Assembly (NCBI GenBank): GCA_963843145.1
Contig: CAWJJC010000028.1
Location: 512,001 to 576,000 of the forward strand
Length of the DNA: 64,000 nt
Source: an uncultured delta proteobacterium
Lineage (GTDB): Bacteria; Desulfobacterota; RBG-13-43-22
Reading direction: 5' to 3'
Each line of letters opens with the position of its first letter. Position 1 is the first letter of the stretch. Shown here in pieces: positions 1 through 9,082 of the stretch. The translations under genes were made by a program, and so were the position numbers. The notes under the pieces were generated by a model, which ran no database searches, was not told the DNA's origin, and was given only the letters and a program-made list of their open reading frames with translations.

Positions 1-2422
1 CAATCCCCGAAGCCAGCCGGTCTCGCAGGGAATCGGCCAAATCCCGTAGTTCCTTGGCCTCCCCGGAGGGAACGGTGGAGGCTAAAACCTTGACCCCCCG
101 GACTTCCCGGGTCTTGGTCAAAATGGATTCCACTCCGCCTCCGGCCAGGAGGGACTTGTTCAGGCGGGCGATGGTCCGCTCCAATTCCTTCTGCTGAATT
201 AAGAGTTTTTCAACCCGGAGGGGGAGTTCATCGACTCCGCTTTTCAATATTTCGGCCAAGGCCTGCATCTGGTCTTCCTGCCGGTGCAGGTGTTCCAGCG
301 CCTCCTGGCCGGTCAGGGCTTCGATGCGCCGGACCCCGGCGGCAATGCTGCCCTCCGAGAGGATCTTGAAGAACCCGATGTTCCCGGTCCGCAGGGTGTG
401 CGTCCCTCCGCATAATTCCCGGCTGAAGTCTCCCATGCGCACCAGGCGGACCCGATCCCCGTAGCGTTCTTCAAACAAGGCCATGGCCCCTTCGGCCACG
501 GCTTGATCGAAATCTTTCACCTCGGTAGTGATCGGCAGGTTTTGTCGGATGAGGTCATTGACCATATCCTCCACCTGGCGGAGTTCCTCCCGAGTCGGCG
601 CCGAAAAACAGGTAAAATCAAAACGCAGTCTTTTGGGCGTTACCAGGGAACCGGCCTGCTTCACCTGTTCGCCCAGGACGCGGCGTAGGGCTCCGTGCAG
701 CAGATGGGTGGTGGAGTGGTTGTTGGCCGTCGCGGTACGCCAATCGAGGGCTACGGAAAGGTCGGCCTGATCCCCCACCTGCAGGAGGCCTTCCCGGATG
801 GGACCGCGGTGCAGAACGGTTTTATTGGGCAGGGCCGTGGTTTCTTCGACCACCATCCAGCCCCGGTTGGTGGTAATCGTGCCTTGATCGCCCGTCTGGC
901 CCCCCGATTCGGCATAGAATGGGGTGGCGGAAACCACCACTTCCACCTCGGCCGGCTCCTGAGCGGATTCTGTTGCCCGTCCGCCCTGGATGATGGCCAG
1001 AATCGTGGCCCGGGTTTCTAAGGTCTCGTAGCCCAGAAACTCGGTCTTCAGGTCCTGGGTCATCAGGTGGCGGTAGACCTCCCGGACCTCCCGATCGCCG
1101 CTTCCCTTCCAGGACTGTCGGGACATCTCCCGCTGTTTGGCCATTTGCTCCTGGAAACCGGGTTCGTCCATGACCAACCGATGGTCCAGACTGATGTCCT
1201 GAATTATATCCAGCGGAAACCCATAGGTATCGTAAAGTTTAAAAATCAAGGTCCCCGACAAGGTGTTCTCGCCTTCCTGTTTCAGCCGTTCGATTTCCTC
1301 GTACAGCAGCTTCAAACCGAAATCAAGGGTTTCCAGGAAGCGCTCTTCCTCCTTCTGGATCACCTGGGTAGTCAGGGCCAGATTTTCTTTGACCTCGGGA
1401 TAAAGGTCTCCCATAGTCTCGGCCACCACCTGGGCCAGCCGATATAAAAAAGGCTGGTTGAGTCCGAGGACTTTCCCGTGCCGGGCGGCTCGGCGCAGGA
1501 TGCGTCGCACCACATAGCCCCGACCTTCATTGGAGGGCAGTGCCCCGTCGGCCAGCAGAAAGGCCAGGGCCCGGCTGTGGTCGGCGATGACCTTGATGGA
1601 AACATCCAGGTTTTCCGCCCGGCCGATGGCGACCCCGGAAAACGCCTCAATGGCCTGGATGATGGGCTGAAAGAGGTCACTGGAAAAGTTATTCGGCGCC
1701 CCCTGGAGGACGGCGGTGATCCGCTCCAGACCCATACCGGTATCGATGCTGGGCCGGGGCAGGGGATTTAAACGGCCCTCCGCGTCCCGATTGAACTGCA
1801 TGAAGACCAAGTTCCAGAGCTCCAGGTAGCGATCGCAATCACATCCCGGGGCGCAATCCGCCCGCTGGCATCCGAATTCGGGGCCTTGGTCGATCAGGAT
1901 TTCCGAGCACGGTCCGCAGGGGCCGGTATCGCCCATGGCCCAGAAATTATCTTTTTCACCGAGCCGGACGATTTTCTCCGGGGGCAATCCGATTTCCTGC
2001 TGCCAGAGTTGATAGGCCTCATCGTCCTGTTCGTAGACCGAGGCGTATAGCTTAGTCTGGGGCAAGCCGTACACCCGGGTCAGGAGGTCCCAGGCAAAAC
2101 GGATGGCTTCAGACTTAAAGTAGTCGCCGAAGGAAAAATTGCCCAACATTTCAAAAAAGGTGTGATGACGGGCGGTGCGGCCCACATTTTCCAGGTCATT
2201 GTGTTTGCCCCCGGCCCGGACGCACTTCTGGCTGGAGGCCGCCCGGGAGTAGTCCCTTTTTTCTTCACCCAAAAAAACCCGTTTAAAAGGCACCATCCCG
2301 GCATTGGTGAACAGCAGGGACGGGTCATCCCGGGGGATCAAGGAGGCGCTGCGGACTACTTCATGGCCCGCTTCCTTAAAAAAATCCAAAAAGGCTTGCC
2401 GAATTTCTTTTCCTGTCTTCAA
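1..2422 (-). CDS. alaS: alanine--tRNA ligase (3' end outside window)
   Basis: Manual translation from TTG at 2422: MKTGKEIRQAFLDFF...DDPSLLFTNAGMVPFK...RHHTFFEMLGNFSFGDYFK; editing-domain NHSTTHLLH and ELCGGTH; follows recA. Confidence 0.97.
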   Translation of the reverse strand, partial: MKTGKEIRQAFLDFFKEAGHEVVRSASLIPRDDPSLLFTNAGMVPFKRVFLGEEKRDYSRAASSQKCVRAGGKHNDLENVGRTARHHTFFEMLGNFSFGDYFKSEAIRFAWDLLTRVYGLPQTKLYASVYEQDDEAYQLWQQEIGLPPEKIVRLGEKDNFWAMGDTGPCGPCSEILIDQGPEFGCQRADCAPGCDCDRYLELWNLVFMQFNRDAEGRLNPLPRPSIDTGMGLERITAVLQGAPNNFSSDLFQPIIQAIEAFSGVAIGRAENLDVSIKVIADHSRALAFLLADGALPSNEGRGYVVRRILRRAARHGKVLGLNQPFLYRLAQVVAETMGDLYPEVKENLALTTQVIQKEEERFLETLDFGLKLLYEEIERLKQEGENTLSGTLIFKLYDTYGFPLDIIQDISLDHRLVMDEPGFQEQMAKQREMSRQSWKGSGDREVREVYRHLMTQDLKTEFLGYETLETRATILAIIQGGRATESAQEPAEVEVVVSATPFYAESGGQTGDQGTITTNRGWMVVEETTALPNKTVLHRGPIREGLLQVGDQADLSVALDWRTATANNHSTTHLLHGALRRVLGEQVKQAGSLVTPKRLRFDFTCFSAPTREELRQVEDMVNDLIRQNLPITTEVKDFDQAVAEGAMALFEERYGDRVRLVRMGDFSRELCGGTHTLRTGNIGFFKILSEGSIAAGVRRIEALTGQEALEHLHRQEDQMQALAEILKSGVDELPLRVEKLLIQQKELERTIARLNKSLLAGGGVESILTKTREVRGVKVLASTVPSGEAKELRDLADSLRDRLASGI

Positions 2423-2458
2423 AGGTGTTCCTCTCTTTAGGTGATCGATCGGCCGCCC

Positions 2459-3475
2459 CTACTTTTCTTCCGGCTCTTTGATTAAACCATAGGTTTGCTT
2501 TACTTTCAATTCGATTTCCTCCAAAGTGGAGGGATGTTCCTTTAGATAGACTTTGGCATTTTCCCTTCCCTGCCCGATCCGGTCTCCCCCGTATGAGTAC
2601 CAGGCCCCGCTTTTTTCGACGATATCATGGGCCACCCCCAGATCAAGTATATCTCCGACCCGGGAAATCCCTTCCCCGTAAATAATATCGAACTCGGCCT
2701 CTTTGAAAGGAGGGGCGATCTTATTCTTGACTACTTTGACGCGGGTCCGGTTGCCGATGATTTCCTGACCATCCTTGATGGCCGCCAACTTGCGGATATC
2801 CAGACGCAGGGAGGCATAAAATTTTAGGGCATTCCCCCCGGTGGTAGTTTCCGGATTTCCGAACATGACCCCGATCTTCATCCGGATCTGGTTGATAAAT
2901 ATCAGGGAGGTATGGGTTTTGCTAATGGTTCCGGTCAATTTGCGCAGGGCCTGGGACATGAGGCGAGCCTGGAGACCCATGTGGGAGTCCCCCATTTCCC
3001 CTTCGATTTCCGCGCGGGGGACCAAGGCGGCCACCGAGTCCACCACCACCACGTCTATGGCGCCGCTGCGCACCAGGATCTCAGCGATTTCCAGGGCCTG
3101 TTCGCCGTTGTCCGGCTGGGAAACCAAGAGTTCGTCACAGTTGACCCCCAGTTTATTGGCATAGATCACATCAAGGGCGTGTTCGGCATCGATAAAGGCC
3201 GCCAAGCCGCCTTTTTTCTGGGCCTCGGCGATGGTGTGCAGTGCCAGGGTGGTTTTCCCGGAAGATTCCGGACCATAGATTTCGATGACCCGCCCCCGGG
3301 GTATTCCCCCAATGCCGGTGGCAATATCCAAAGACAAGGAGCCCGTGGAGATAACCGGCACATCCGCGGTCAAGCCCTCGGAACCCAGGCGCATGATCGC
3401 CCCTTTCCCAAATTGCTTTTCAATCTGGCCCATGGCCATATCCACGGCTTTGTTTTTTTCCAGTTCGGCTTTCAT
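2459..3475 (-). CDS. recA: recombinase RecA
   Basis: GPESSGKTT Walker [15 protein letters not shown] signature, 338 aa. Confidence 0.99.
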   Translation of the reverse strand: MKAELEKNKAVDMAMGQIEKQFGKGAIMRLGSEGLTADVPVISTGSLSLDIATGIGGIPRGRVIEIYGPESSGKTTLALHTIAEAQKKGGLAAFIDAEHALDVIYANKLGVNCDELLVSQPDNGEQALEIAEILVRSGAIDVVVVDSVAALVPRAEIEGEMGDSHMGLQARLMSQALRKLTGTISKTHTSLIFINQIRMKIGVMFGNPETTTGGNALKFYASLRLDIRKLAAIKDGQEIIGNRTRVKVVKNKIAPPFKEAEFDIIYGEGISRVGDILDLGVAHDIVEKSGAWYSYGGDRIGQGRENAKVYLKEHPSTLEEIELKVKQTYGLIKEPEEK

Positions 3476-3486
3476 AGTCTCCTCCC

Positions 3487-4053
3487 TTATTCTCCTTTAA
3501 GCGGAAATGAACAAATTTTACTATAAACAGGTCCGAAGGGCTTTAAATCACTTTTATAAAGAATGATTTCCTCCACAGCAAACGGTTCCGACTCCTCCTC
3601 TGCCCAAGCGGAAAGGCGCTGGAATAGTCTTTCGTTGGGTTGGTTGGTTTTATTCCGGCCTAAGGTCAGGTGCGGATGAAAGGAGCGATCCTCCCTGGCG
3701 ATTCCGATTTGTTCATAGGCGTCTTCCAAGGCCTCCACTAGCTTCAGAAGCGCATCCAAATCACGATTTAACCCGGCCCAAATGATCCGGGGCCGGCGGA
3801 TATGGGGAAACCCGCCCATCCCTTTGAGTGTTAAACTAAAAGGTTTATTTTCCAAGATAACCTTTTGTGAAACCTCACTAATTTCATCCACTTGTTCCGT
3901 AGAAATTTTGCCAAAGAACTTTAACGTCAGGTGAATTAGCCGGGGGTCAACCCACTTGATCCCGGAGGTGCCCGGACTCAGTATTCGGATCTGTTCGGCC
4001 AATCGTTCCTTTGCGGCTGTAGGCAAATCAATAGCTAAAAAGGAACGGAACAA
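3487..4053 (-). CDS. thpR: RNA 2',3'-cyclic phosphodiesterase (2H family)
   Basis: Two HxT motifs (HLTLKF, HLTLGR); usual cinA-thpR-recA context. Confidence 0.93.
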   Translation of the reverse strand: MFRSFLAIDLPTAAKERLAEQIRILSPGTSGIKWVDPRLIHLTLKFFGKISTEQVDEISEVSQKVILENKPFSLTLKGMGGFPHIRRPRIIWAGLNRDLDALLKLVEALEDAYEQIGIAREDRSFHPHLTLGRNKTNQPNERLFQRLSAWAEEESEPFAVEEIILYKSDLKPFGPVYSKICSFPLKGE

Positions 4054-4083
4054 ATGGTTTTACCCCAATCCATTGGGCGGGGC

Positions 4084-5364
4084 TTAATCGCCGACGGTTG
4101 GCTGACGGATTTTGCCAAATCCATCAGCCAACAGATATCGCCGCACCCAGTCTAAGGCGGTATAGGCGGTCAAGATCTTGATTTGGCGGCGGCGACCCCC
4201 AAAAAGATACTGTCCAGCCTGGGCTCCTTGAGAGGAGGCTAAGGCAATCCAGACCGTCCCCACCGGTTTTTCCGAGGTGCCGCCCCCGGGTCCGGCAATT
4301 CCGGTCACGGCCAGGCCCAAGTCGGCCCTGCTTTTTTCGAGAATTCCCCGGGCCATGGCCAGGGCAGTTTTTTCACTTACGGCGCCATATCGAGAAAGAA
4401 GGTTGCGGGGCACTCCTAACCAATCCATTTTGGCCCGGTTGCTATAAACGATTACCCCGCCTTCAAAATAAGCAGAGCTTCCCGGAACACTGGTGATTCG
4501 GTGTCCGATCAGCCCCCCGCTGCAGGATTCGGCCACGGATAGGGTCTGCTTTTTATTGGTCAGCAACTCTCCCACGACCTCTTCCAGAGTCTGCTCATTG
4601 CGGGCCACGATGGTATCGCCTAAACGGGCTTCGATCTCAGTCTCCAACTGGTCCAGGAACCGTTCGGCCCGGAAGGCCTGGTTTGTCCGGACCGTAACGG
4701 TCAGATGGTTTTCAGGAAAGTTGGGGTAAAAACCCAATTGCACCGTTCCATCTTTTTGTTCCAGATCCTTCAAACGCTGATTGATCTCATTCTCCAAGAG
4801 GCCGAAGATTTTATAGACCCTTTGTTTCACCACCGGCTGGTGGGGATGGCGCTGAAGCAGAAAAGGGATGATTTGTCGGTCCAAGAGCCGGTGCATTTCG
4901 GCTGGAACTCCCGGCAGGAAGAAAAGCGGTTTGCCCGCTTCTTCCATCAAGAAGCCGCAAGCCTTGGGCCGGGGATGAAATAATTGAACCCCTTCCGGTA
5001 GCAGAGCCAGCTTATCGTAAGTCGGGTCCCAAGGGGTTTTTCTTTTTTTTAAGAATTGTTTGATCCGAGTCTGAAGGCCGAGGTGGAGGTTTAAAGAGCG
5101 ATTAAAGGTCTTGGCGGCCACCTCCGCGGTGATGTCGTCCAGGGTCCCGCCCAGGCCCCCGGTTACCAGGACGGCATCGGCCCTTTTATGGGCCTGCAAA
5201 AGGGTTTTCCGAATTTCTCTAGCCTGGTCGGGGATAAAGTGGATCCGGGTCACCTCAAACCCATAGGAACTGAGCCGTCCGGCGGCATAGCCGGCATTTC
5301 GGTCGAGGACACGCCCGGTGGTCAGTTCATTCCCGATACCGATGATTTCAATTTTAAGGGACAT
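4084..5364 (-). CDS. cinA: CinA: competence/damage-inducible protein (MoCF domain + NMN deamidase)
   Basis: IGNELTTG, GGLG...DDIT, PGVP; C-terminal AESCSGG, GAVS, TGIAGPGGG. Confidence 0.95.
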   Translation of the reverse strand: MSLKIEIIGIGNELTTGRVLDRNAGYAAGRLSSYGFEVTRIHFIPDQAREIRKTLLQAHKRADAVLVTGGLGGTLDDITAEVAAKTFNRSLNLHLGLQTRIKQFLKKRKTPWDPTYDKLALLPEGVQLFHPRPKACGFLMEEAGKPLFFLPGVPAEMHRLLDRQIIPFLLQRHPHQPVVKQRVYKIFGLLENEINQRLKDLEQKDGTVQLGFYPNFPENHLTVTVRTNQAFRAERFLDQLETEIEARLGDTIVARNEQTLEEVVGELLTNKKQTLSVAESCSGGLIGHRITSVPGSSAYFEGGVIVYSNRAKMDWLGVPRNLLSRYGAVSEKTALAMARGILEKSRADLGLAVTGIAGPGGGTSEKPVGTVWIALASSQGAQAGQYLFGGRRRQIKILTAYTALDWVRRYLLADGFGKIRQPTVGD

Positions 5365-5462
5365 TTTCGAAACCTAATCAAAAACTAGCTGAAATTATTG
5401 ATCCTTATGTTCAAAGGGCAAAGATGAATTTTCAGTTAATTAGGTGTGAGAATCTGGAACTC

Positions 5463-5921
5463 TCATCTCCCTGCCACCCACAGGATCAGTCGCAAAAGGA
5501 TATTGGTGTAGATTCCGGCCAAAACATCATCCAAAACAATACCCCAGCCGCCCGGCATCTCCTGATCGATTTTTCGGATGGGAAAGGGTTTGAAAATATC
5601 CATCAGTCGAAAAATCAGAAAGCCGCCGATTACGGAAAACCAGGTCAGAGGAATCCAGCAGACGGAGGCCAGGTAGCCGACGATTTCGTCCGCCACTACC
5701 CGGGAAGGATCCTTTTGGCCCCAGATTTCGGCGGCTCGACCGGCCACGTAAACAGCCCCTAGAATTAAAAGAACGATGACGCCGCCCTGGACCCCGGGAG
5801 AGTACCGGGAAAGCCAGAAATAAAGAGGGATCCCCCACAAGGTCCCGAGAGTTCCCGACGCCAGGGGAGAATAACCCAGGTAAGCCCCGGAGGCAAAAAA
5901 TTTAATCAGCGACGAGTTCAA
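5463..5921 (-). CDS. pgpA: phosphatidylglycerophosphatase A
   Basis: SGTLGT, DPSRVVADEIVG, FRLMDIFKPFPI, DDVLAG motifs. Confidence 0.95.
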   Translation of the reverse strand: MNSSLIKFFASGAYLGYSPLASGTLGTLWGIPLYFWLSRYSPGVQGGVIVLLILGAVYVAGRAAEIWGQKDPSRVVADEIVGYLASVCWIPLTWFSVIGGFLIFRLMDIFKPFPIRKIDQEMPGGWGIVLDDVLAGIYTNILLRLILWVAGR

Positions 5922-5922
5922 A

Positions 5923-6023
5923 GCCTTCTGTCGCTATCCGCGTTCGCGAGTTTCCCTCCCCGGTTCCCGACCCGGCGGTCTTGGAGCCTATTAGCAGAAC
6001 GGGGGAGGGGATCTCGAAAGCCA
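5923..6023 (-). ncRNA. candidate structured leader RNA upstream of pgpA
   Basis: Stem CCCTCCCC/GGGGAGGG plus GTTC/GAAC, inner hairpin GACC-GCCG-GGTC, outer GCTTTC/GAAGGC pairing next to the pgpA start; no family recognised. Confidence 0.4.
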
Positions 6024-6029
6024 TAGGCA

Positions 6030-6059
6030 ATTTTTATAATTTTATGGGCCGGTTGTCAA
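6030..6059 (-). promoter_or_regulatory. sigma70-type promoter of pgpA-cinA-thpR-recA operon
   Basis: TTGACA (6059-6054) followed by AT-rich TATAAAAA about 15-17 nt downstream. Confidence 0.55.
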
Positions 6060-6089
6060 GATTTCCGATGGAGTAAGTTTTATTATATC

Positions 6090-6113
6090 GGACTGACAAC
6101 CTGGTGGCAGTCC
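6090..6113. promoter_or_regulatory. palindromic operator, candidate WYL-regulator site
   Basis: GGACTGACA-N6-TGGCAGTCC (8/9 inverted repeat) in divergent promoter region about 1 kb from a WYL gene. Confidence 0.6.
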
Positions 6114-6154
6114 ACTAAGGTATTTTATCCGAAAAAAGGTTGAGGAGGACTTCT

Positions 6155-6304
6155 ATGTCGCAATTGTATTATCAGCAAAAACGGTTTCTCTGGGAATTGA
6201 GCAAAACCCGATTTTATGGGTGGTTGACCTTGGCCTTCTGGGTCCTGTTCTCGGTTTTTAATCTGGGGATCCTGGCGGGATTACTCTGGAAGCACCTTAG
6301 GTAG
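6155..6304 (+). CDS. small 49-aa single-pass membrane protein (not in ORF track)
   Basis: Strong RBS GAGGAGG; MSQLYYQQKRFLWELSKTRFYGWLTLAFWVLFSVFNLGILAGLLWKHLR*. Confidence 0.7.
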   Translation: MSQLYYQQKRFLWELSKTRFYGWLTLAFWVLFSVFNLGILAGLLWKHLR

Positions 6305-6643
6305 AGGGACCGTATTTAGTTTCTTTTTCTGCCGCTTTTCTTTATGGATCTCCCGGCAGAGGGATTCATGCAACATATTCAATTCCAACTGGTCCAAAGG
6401 ATCTTGGGCATTATCAATGGCCCGGTCCAGATAATTCACGATGTCCAGGTCGTCTTCAAAGGGGTTTTCCATGGCGCTTAAAGCCCCCTTATCCCGCGCC
6501 CGCCTGATCCACCGCTTGGCATTTTTCGCCTCCGAGGGCGAAGGCTCGACGGTGTATAATGAATGGCTCAGATCGGTTGGTTTTTTTTCGTCTTCGGCCC
6601 TTTCCAGGGGTTCTTTAATCAGAGGATCGGATGACCTGATCAT
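6281..6643 (-). CDS. hypothetical protein
   Basis: 120 aa, AGAGG RBS, charged helical composition; no family recognised. Confidence 0.55.
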   Translation of the reverse strand: MIRSSDPLIKEPLERAEDEKKPTDLSHSLYTVEPSPSEAKNAKRWIRRARDKGALSAMENPFEDDLDIVNYLDRAIDNAQDPLDQLELNMLHESLCREIHKEKRQKKKLNTVPLPKVLPE

Positions 6644-7093
6644 GCGTCTGCCTCTAAATGGAAATCAGCGTACCGGAAGGGCCGTTGAAAGCGGGGGAGG
6701 AAGCCTGATTTCGGGGGGACCAACAAGGGGATCGGGTAGATCCAATGACAGCCGGCAAAGACCAAGAAACCCGGGCGATCTTGACGATTTCGGGGTAAAT
6801 CGGCCAGCGCCTTAAATGGGTAGACCAAAAAGGAAAGTATAAATAAAATAGCCATAGGTTAAACCGTATCGAATGGTGATTGTCTTTCAAACTGACATTT
6901 CCGCCAACGTACCGAAAGTCGCCTCAGCGCCGCACCTGGTCAGTTATTGGTTAGTCACCCCCTGTGTATGGTTGGGGAGCTCTGTCGTTTGGCTCCCTCA
7001 TGGTAATTTTACTATCGGCTCAACGACTGAAAATCTTAAGGGGTTTTGAGGTATAATGACCGGAGCGGGTTGAAAATTCGTGGAGGGTCAGCC

Positions 7094-8083
7094 ATGTCAT
7101 TCAAATTTGATTCCATGATGATTATCCTGAACAAGGTGGACGGCAGGGAGAAGGTGACGGTCCAGTCGCTTAAAGAGGAACTCGGGGTGAGCGAACGGAC
7201 TGTCCATCGTTACCTGGAAACCCTTCAGTTAAGCGGGTATCCTCTTTTCTATGACCGGGAATCGGAACGGTACGCCTTTCCGGAGGGCTACGGATTGAAG
7301 AAACCGGGATTAACCTTTGAAGAGGGGCTGGCCCTGGCCCTGGCCAAGAAACTGGTGGGGGTCTTAGGGGGGGATTTGGATAAACACCTGGATCGGATCG
7401 GGCAAAAAATGGCCGCCCGGCCCAGGGACGAAACCTCGAAAATATTCGTGCGAGAAGCAGGCCGAGTAAGAGGGGCGGACTTTCTGGAAGCATTAAATCG
7501 GGCCGCCATTAATTTCCAGCGAGTGGAGTTGACCTACCAGGCCCTGTCTTCCCGGAAAAAAACGAAACGGCGGGTGGACCCGGACTATTTGTTTTATCAG
7601 GAAGGCCTGTGGTACCTGCGGGGGTATTGCGCCTTGCGGGAAGATTTCCGGACTTTTGCCCTGGATCAAATTCTTTCCCTGAAAGTATTGGATGAACATT
7701 TTGTACCCAGGAGGCGTCCGGAAGAGGAAGAACTCTCCGCCTCCTTCGGCAGCTTTCTGGATGGGGAGGTGGTAGAAGTGATTCTGCGGTTCGATCCGCT
7801 GATCAAGGGTTATATACAGCGAAAAAAGTGGCATCCCAGCCAGCGGGAAGAGGAACTGCCCGACGGCCGACTGGAGGCGCGGTTCCGCGTGACGGGGATG
7901 GCCGGGATCTCGCGCTGGATCTACCGCTGGCTGCCGCAGGTGGAAGTGGTCGCCCCGCCAGAGCTAAGGGAAAAAATGAAGGAGGACCTGGTCAAGGCGT
8001 TGGGCAAGTATGATCAAGAGGAAAGGTCATTTTCCATGGGTAGACGAACATCGAACATCGAACGTCCAACATCGAAAGATTAA
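7094..8083 (+). CDS. WYL-domain transcriptional regulator (HTH-WYL-WCX, PafB/DriD/YafY-like)
   Basis: HTH LKEELGVSERTVHRYL; WYLRGYC...RTFALDQI; WCX-like VEVVAPPELRE; GGAGG RBS before ATG 7094, TATAAT at 7052. Confidence 0.93.
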   Translation: MSFKFDSMMIILNKVDGREKVTVQSLKEELGVSERTVHRYLETLQLSGYPLFYDRESERYAFPEGYGLKKPGLTFEEGLALALAKKLVGVLGGDLDKHLDRIGQKMAARPRDETSKIFVREAGRVRGADFLEALNRAAINFQRVELTYQALSSRKKTKRRVDPDYLFYQEGLWYLRGYCALREDFRTFALDQILSLKVLDEHFVPRRRPEEEELSASFGSFLDGEVVEVILRFDPLIKGYIQRKKWHPSQREEELPDGRLEARFRVTGMAGISRWIYRWLPQVEVVAPPELREKMKEDLVKALGKYDQEERSFSMGRRTSNIERPTSKD

Positions 8084-8138
8084 GGCAGGTTAGTTTTTCA
8101 TTTGAGGTTGGACGTTCGATGTTCAATGTTCGACGTTC
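8046..8138. repeat. 7-nt-period palindromic intergenic element (AACATCG family)
   Basis: GAACATCGAACATCGAACGTCCAACATCGAA with inverted copy; another half copy at 57348-57385. Confidence 0.85.
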
Positions 8139-8176
8139 ATCTTTTCAGTGGCCTTGCGCCGGGCGCTCAGCGCTTT

Positions 8177-8755
8177 TTACCTCAGTCCATCCTCTTTCCT
8201 GGCCTGGTCGACCGTCAGGCCCCCGATGCGGGCCAGGGGACGGCCGGAATCGGTGATCACCAGGGCGACTACGATCTCGTCCGGACGAGGGGCGTCATAG
8301 ACCCCCACGGTCATGGCGTCGAAATGGCTGCGCACAAAGGCGGCATCCTTAAAGTGAATCGGGACGTCGATGAGTGTCCCGGGGATCCCCATTTTTTTGG
8401 AGGAGGGGATGATGGCCTTGCCGCCGCCCACGGCCTCGCGAAAGGGGGTGCCCAGCTTGGGATGGAGGATGGCGCCGGCGTGCTCCAATTCTCCCCCGCT
8501 GCCGACGATGGCCGCTTTCCCGTAAGAATGGGCCTGCGCCGGCCGGATGCCCAAAAGTGAAAGGCAACGGATGGCCAGCAGGCCTCCCAGTTGTTCTCCC
8601 GCGGCGGTGAGCAATTCCAGATCATCCGCATAACGTCCGGAGTAGGGATTTTTGATCACCGCCAGGGCCGCGGCTTTGCGGGTAGGCGGGTGAATCTCTC
8701 GGCCCATCTCCTGATGGGTTTCTTCCAGAATGGTGACGATCTTACGAATTTCCAT
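8177..8755 (-). CDS. DUF1185 / amino acid synthesis family protein
   Basis: MEIRKIV..NPYSGRY..YGKAAIVG..GELEH..RSHFD..APRPDEI..GRPLARIGGL. Confidence 0.88.
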   Translation of the reverse strand: MEIRKIVTILEETHQEMGREIHPPTRKAAALAVIKNPYSGRYADDLELLTAAGEQLGGLLAIRCLSLLGIRPAQAHSYGKAAIVGSGGELEHAGAILHPKLGTPFREAVGGGKAIIPSSKKMGIPGTLIDVPIHFKDAAFVRSHFDAMTVGVYDAPRPDEIVVALVITDSGRPLARIGGLTVDQARKEDGLR

Positions 8756-8851
8756 GCTAAGAACCTCCGCGGGGCGCTGAGCGCCCAAAAAAAATATGAA
8801 TCAGAATGATTTAAATCCTTTTTCTAGAAATTTAGCGTTTTGAAGAAAATC

Positions 8852-9042
8852 TTCACCGCAGAGACGCCGAGGACGCAGAGGAATTTATTTTTCATAAAAT
8901 CGGGAGATGCCGATTTTATGAAAGATCCGGCCGCCTCCGGCGGGTTGCCTATTCGCGTAGCGATGAGCGGTTTTCCTTTGGCGGCATCTCCCGCCAATGG
9001 AAAAGTTAATGTTCTCTGCGTTCCCTTCGCCTCGGCGGTGAA
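8852..9042. repeat. palindromic intergenic element (TTCACCGCAGAG...CTCGGCGGTGAA)
   Basis: Terminal arms TTCACCGCAGAGACGCCGAGGACGCAGAG / CTCTGCGTTCCCTTCGCCTCGGCGGTGAA, internal hairpins. Confidence 0.75.
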
Positions 9043-9082
9043 ACCGCTTTAAATTATGCTTTTTTTAGTTTACGCTCCGCGC

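Noticed and set aside
5923-6023. SRP RNA, 6S RNA or tRNA
   Set aside because: Lacks the SRP CAGG..GGAA..AGCAG core and tRNA T-loop/CCA; too short for 6S
7094-8083. WYL-regulated anti-phage island (BREX/CBASS type)
   Set aside because: No recognisable defence genes adjacent; neighbours are the recA operon and nicotinate genes
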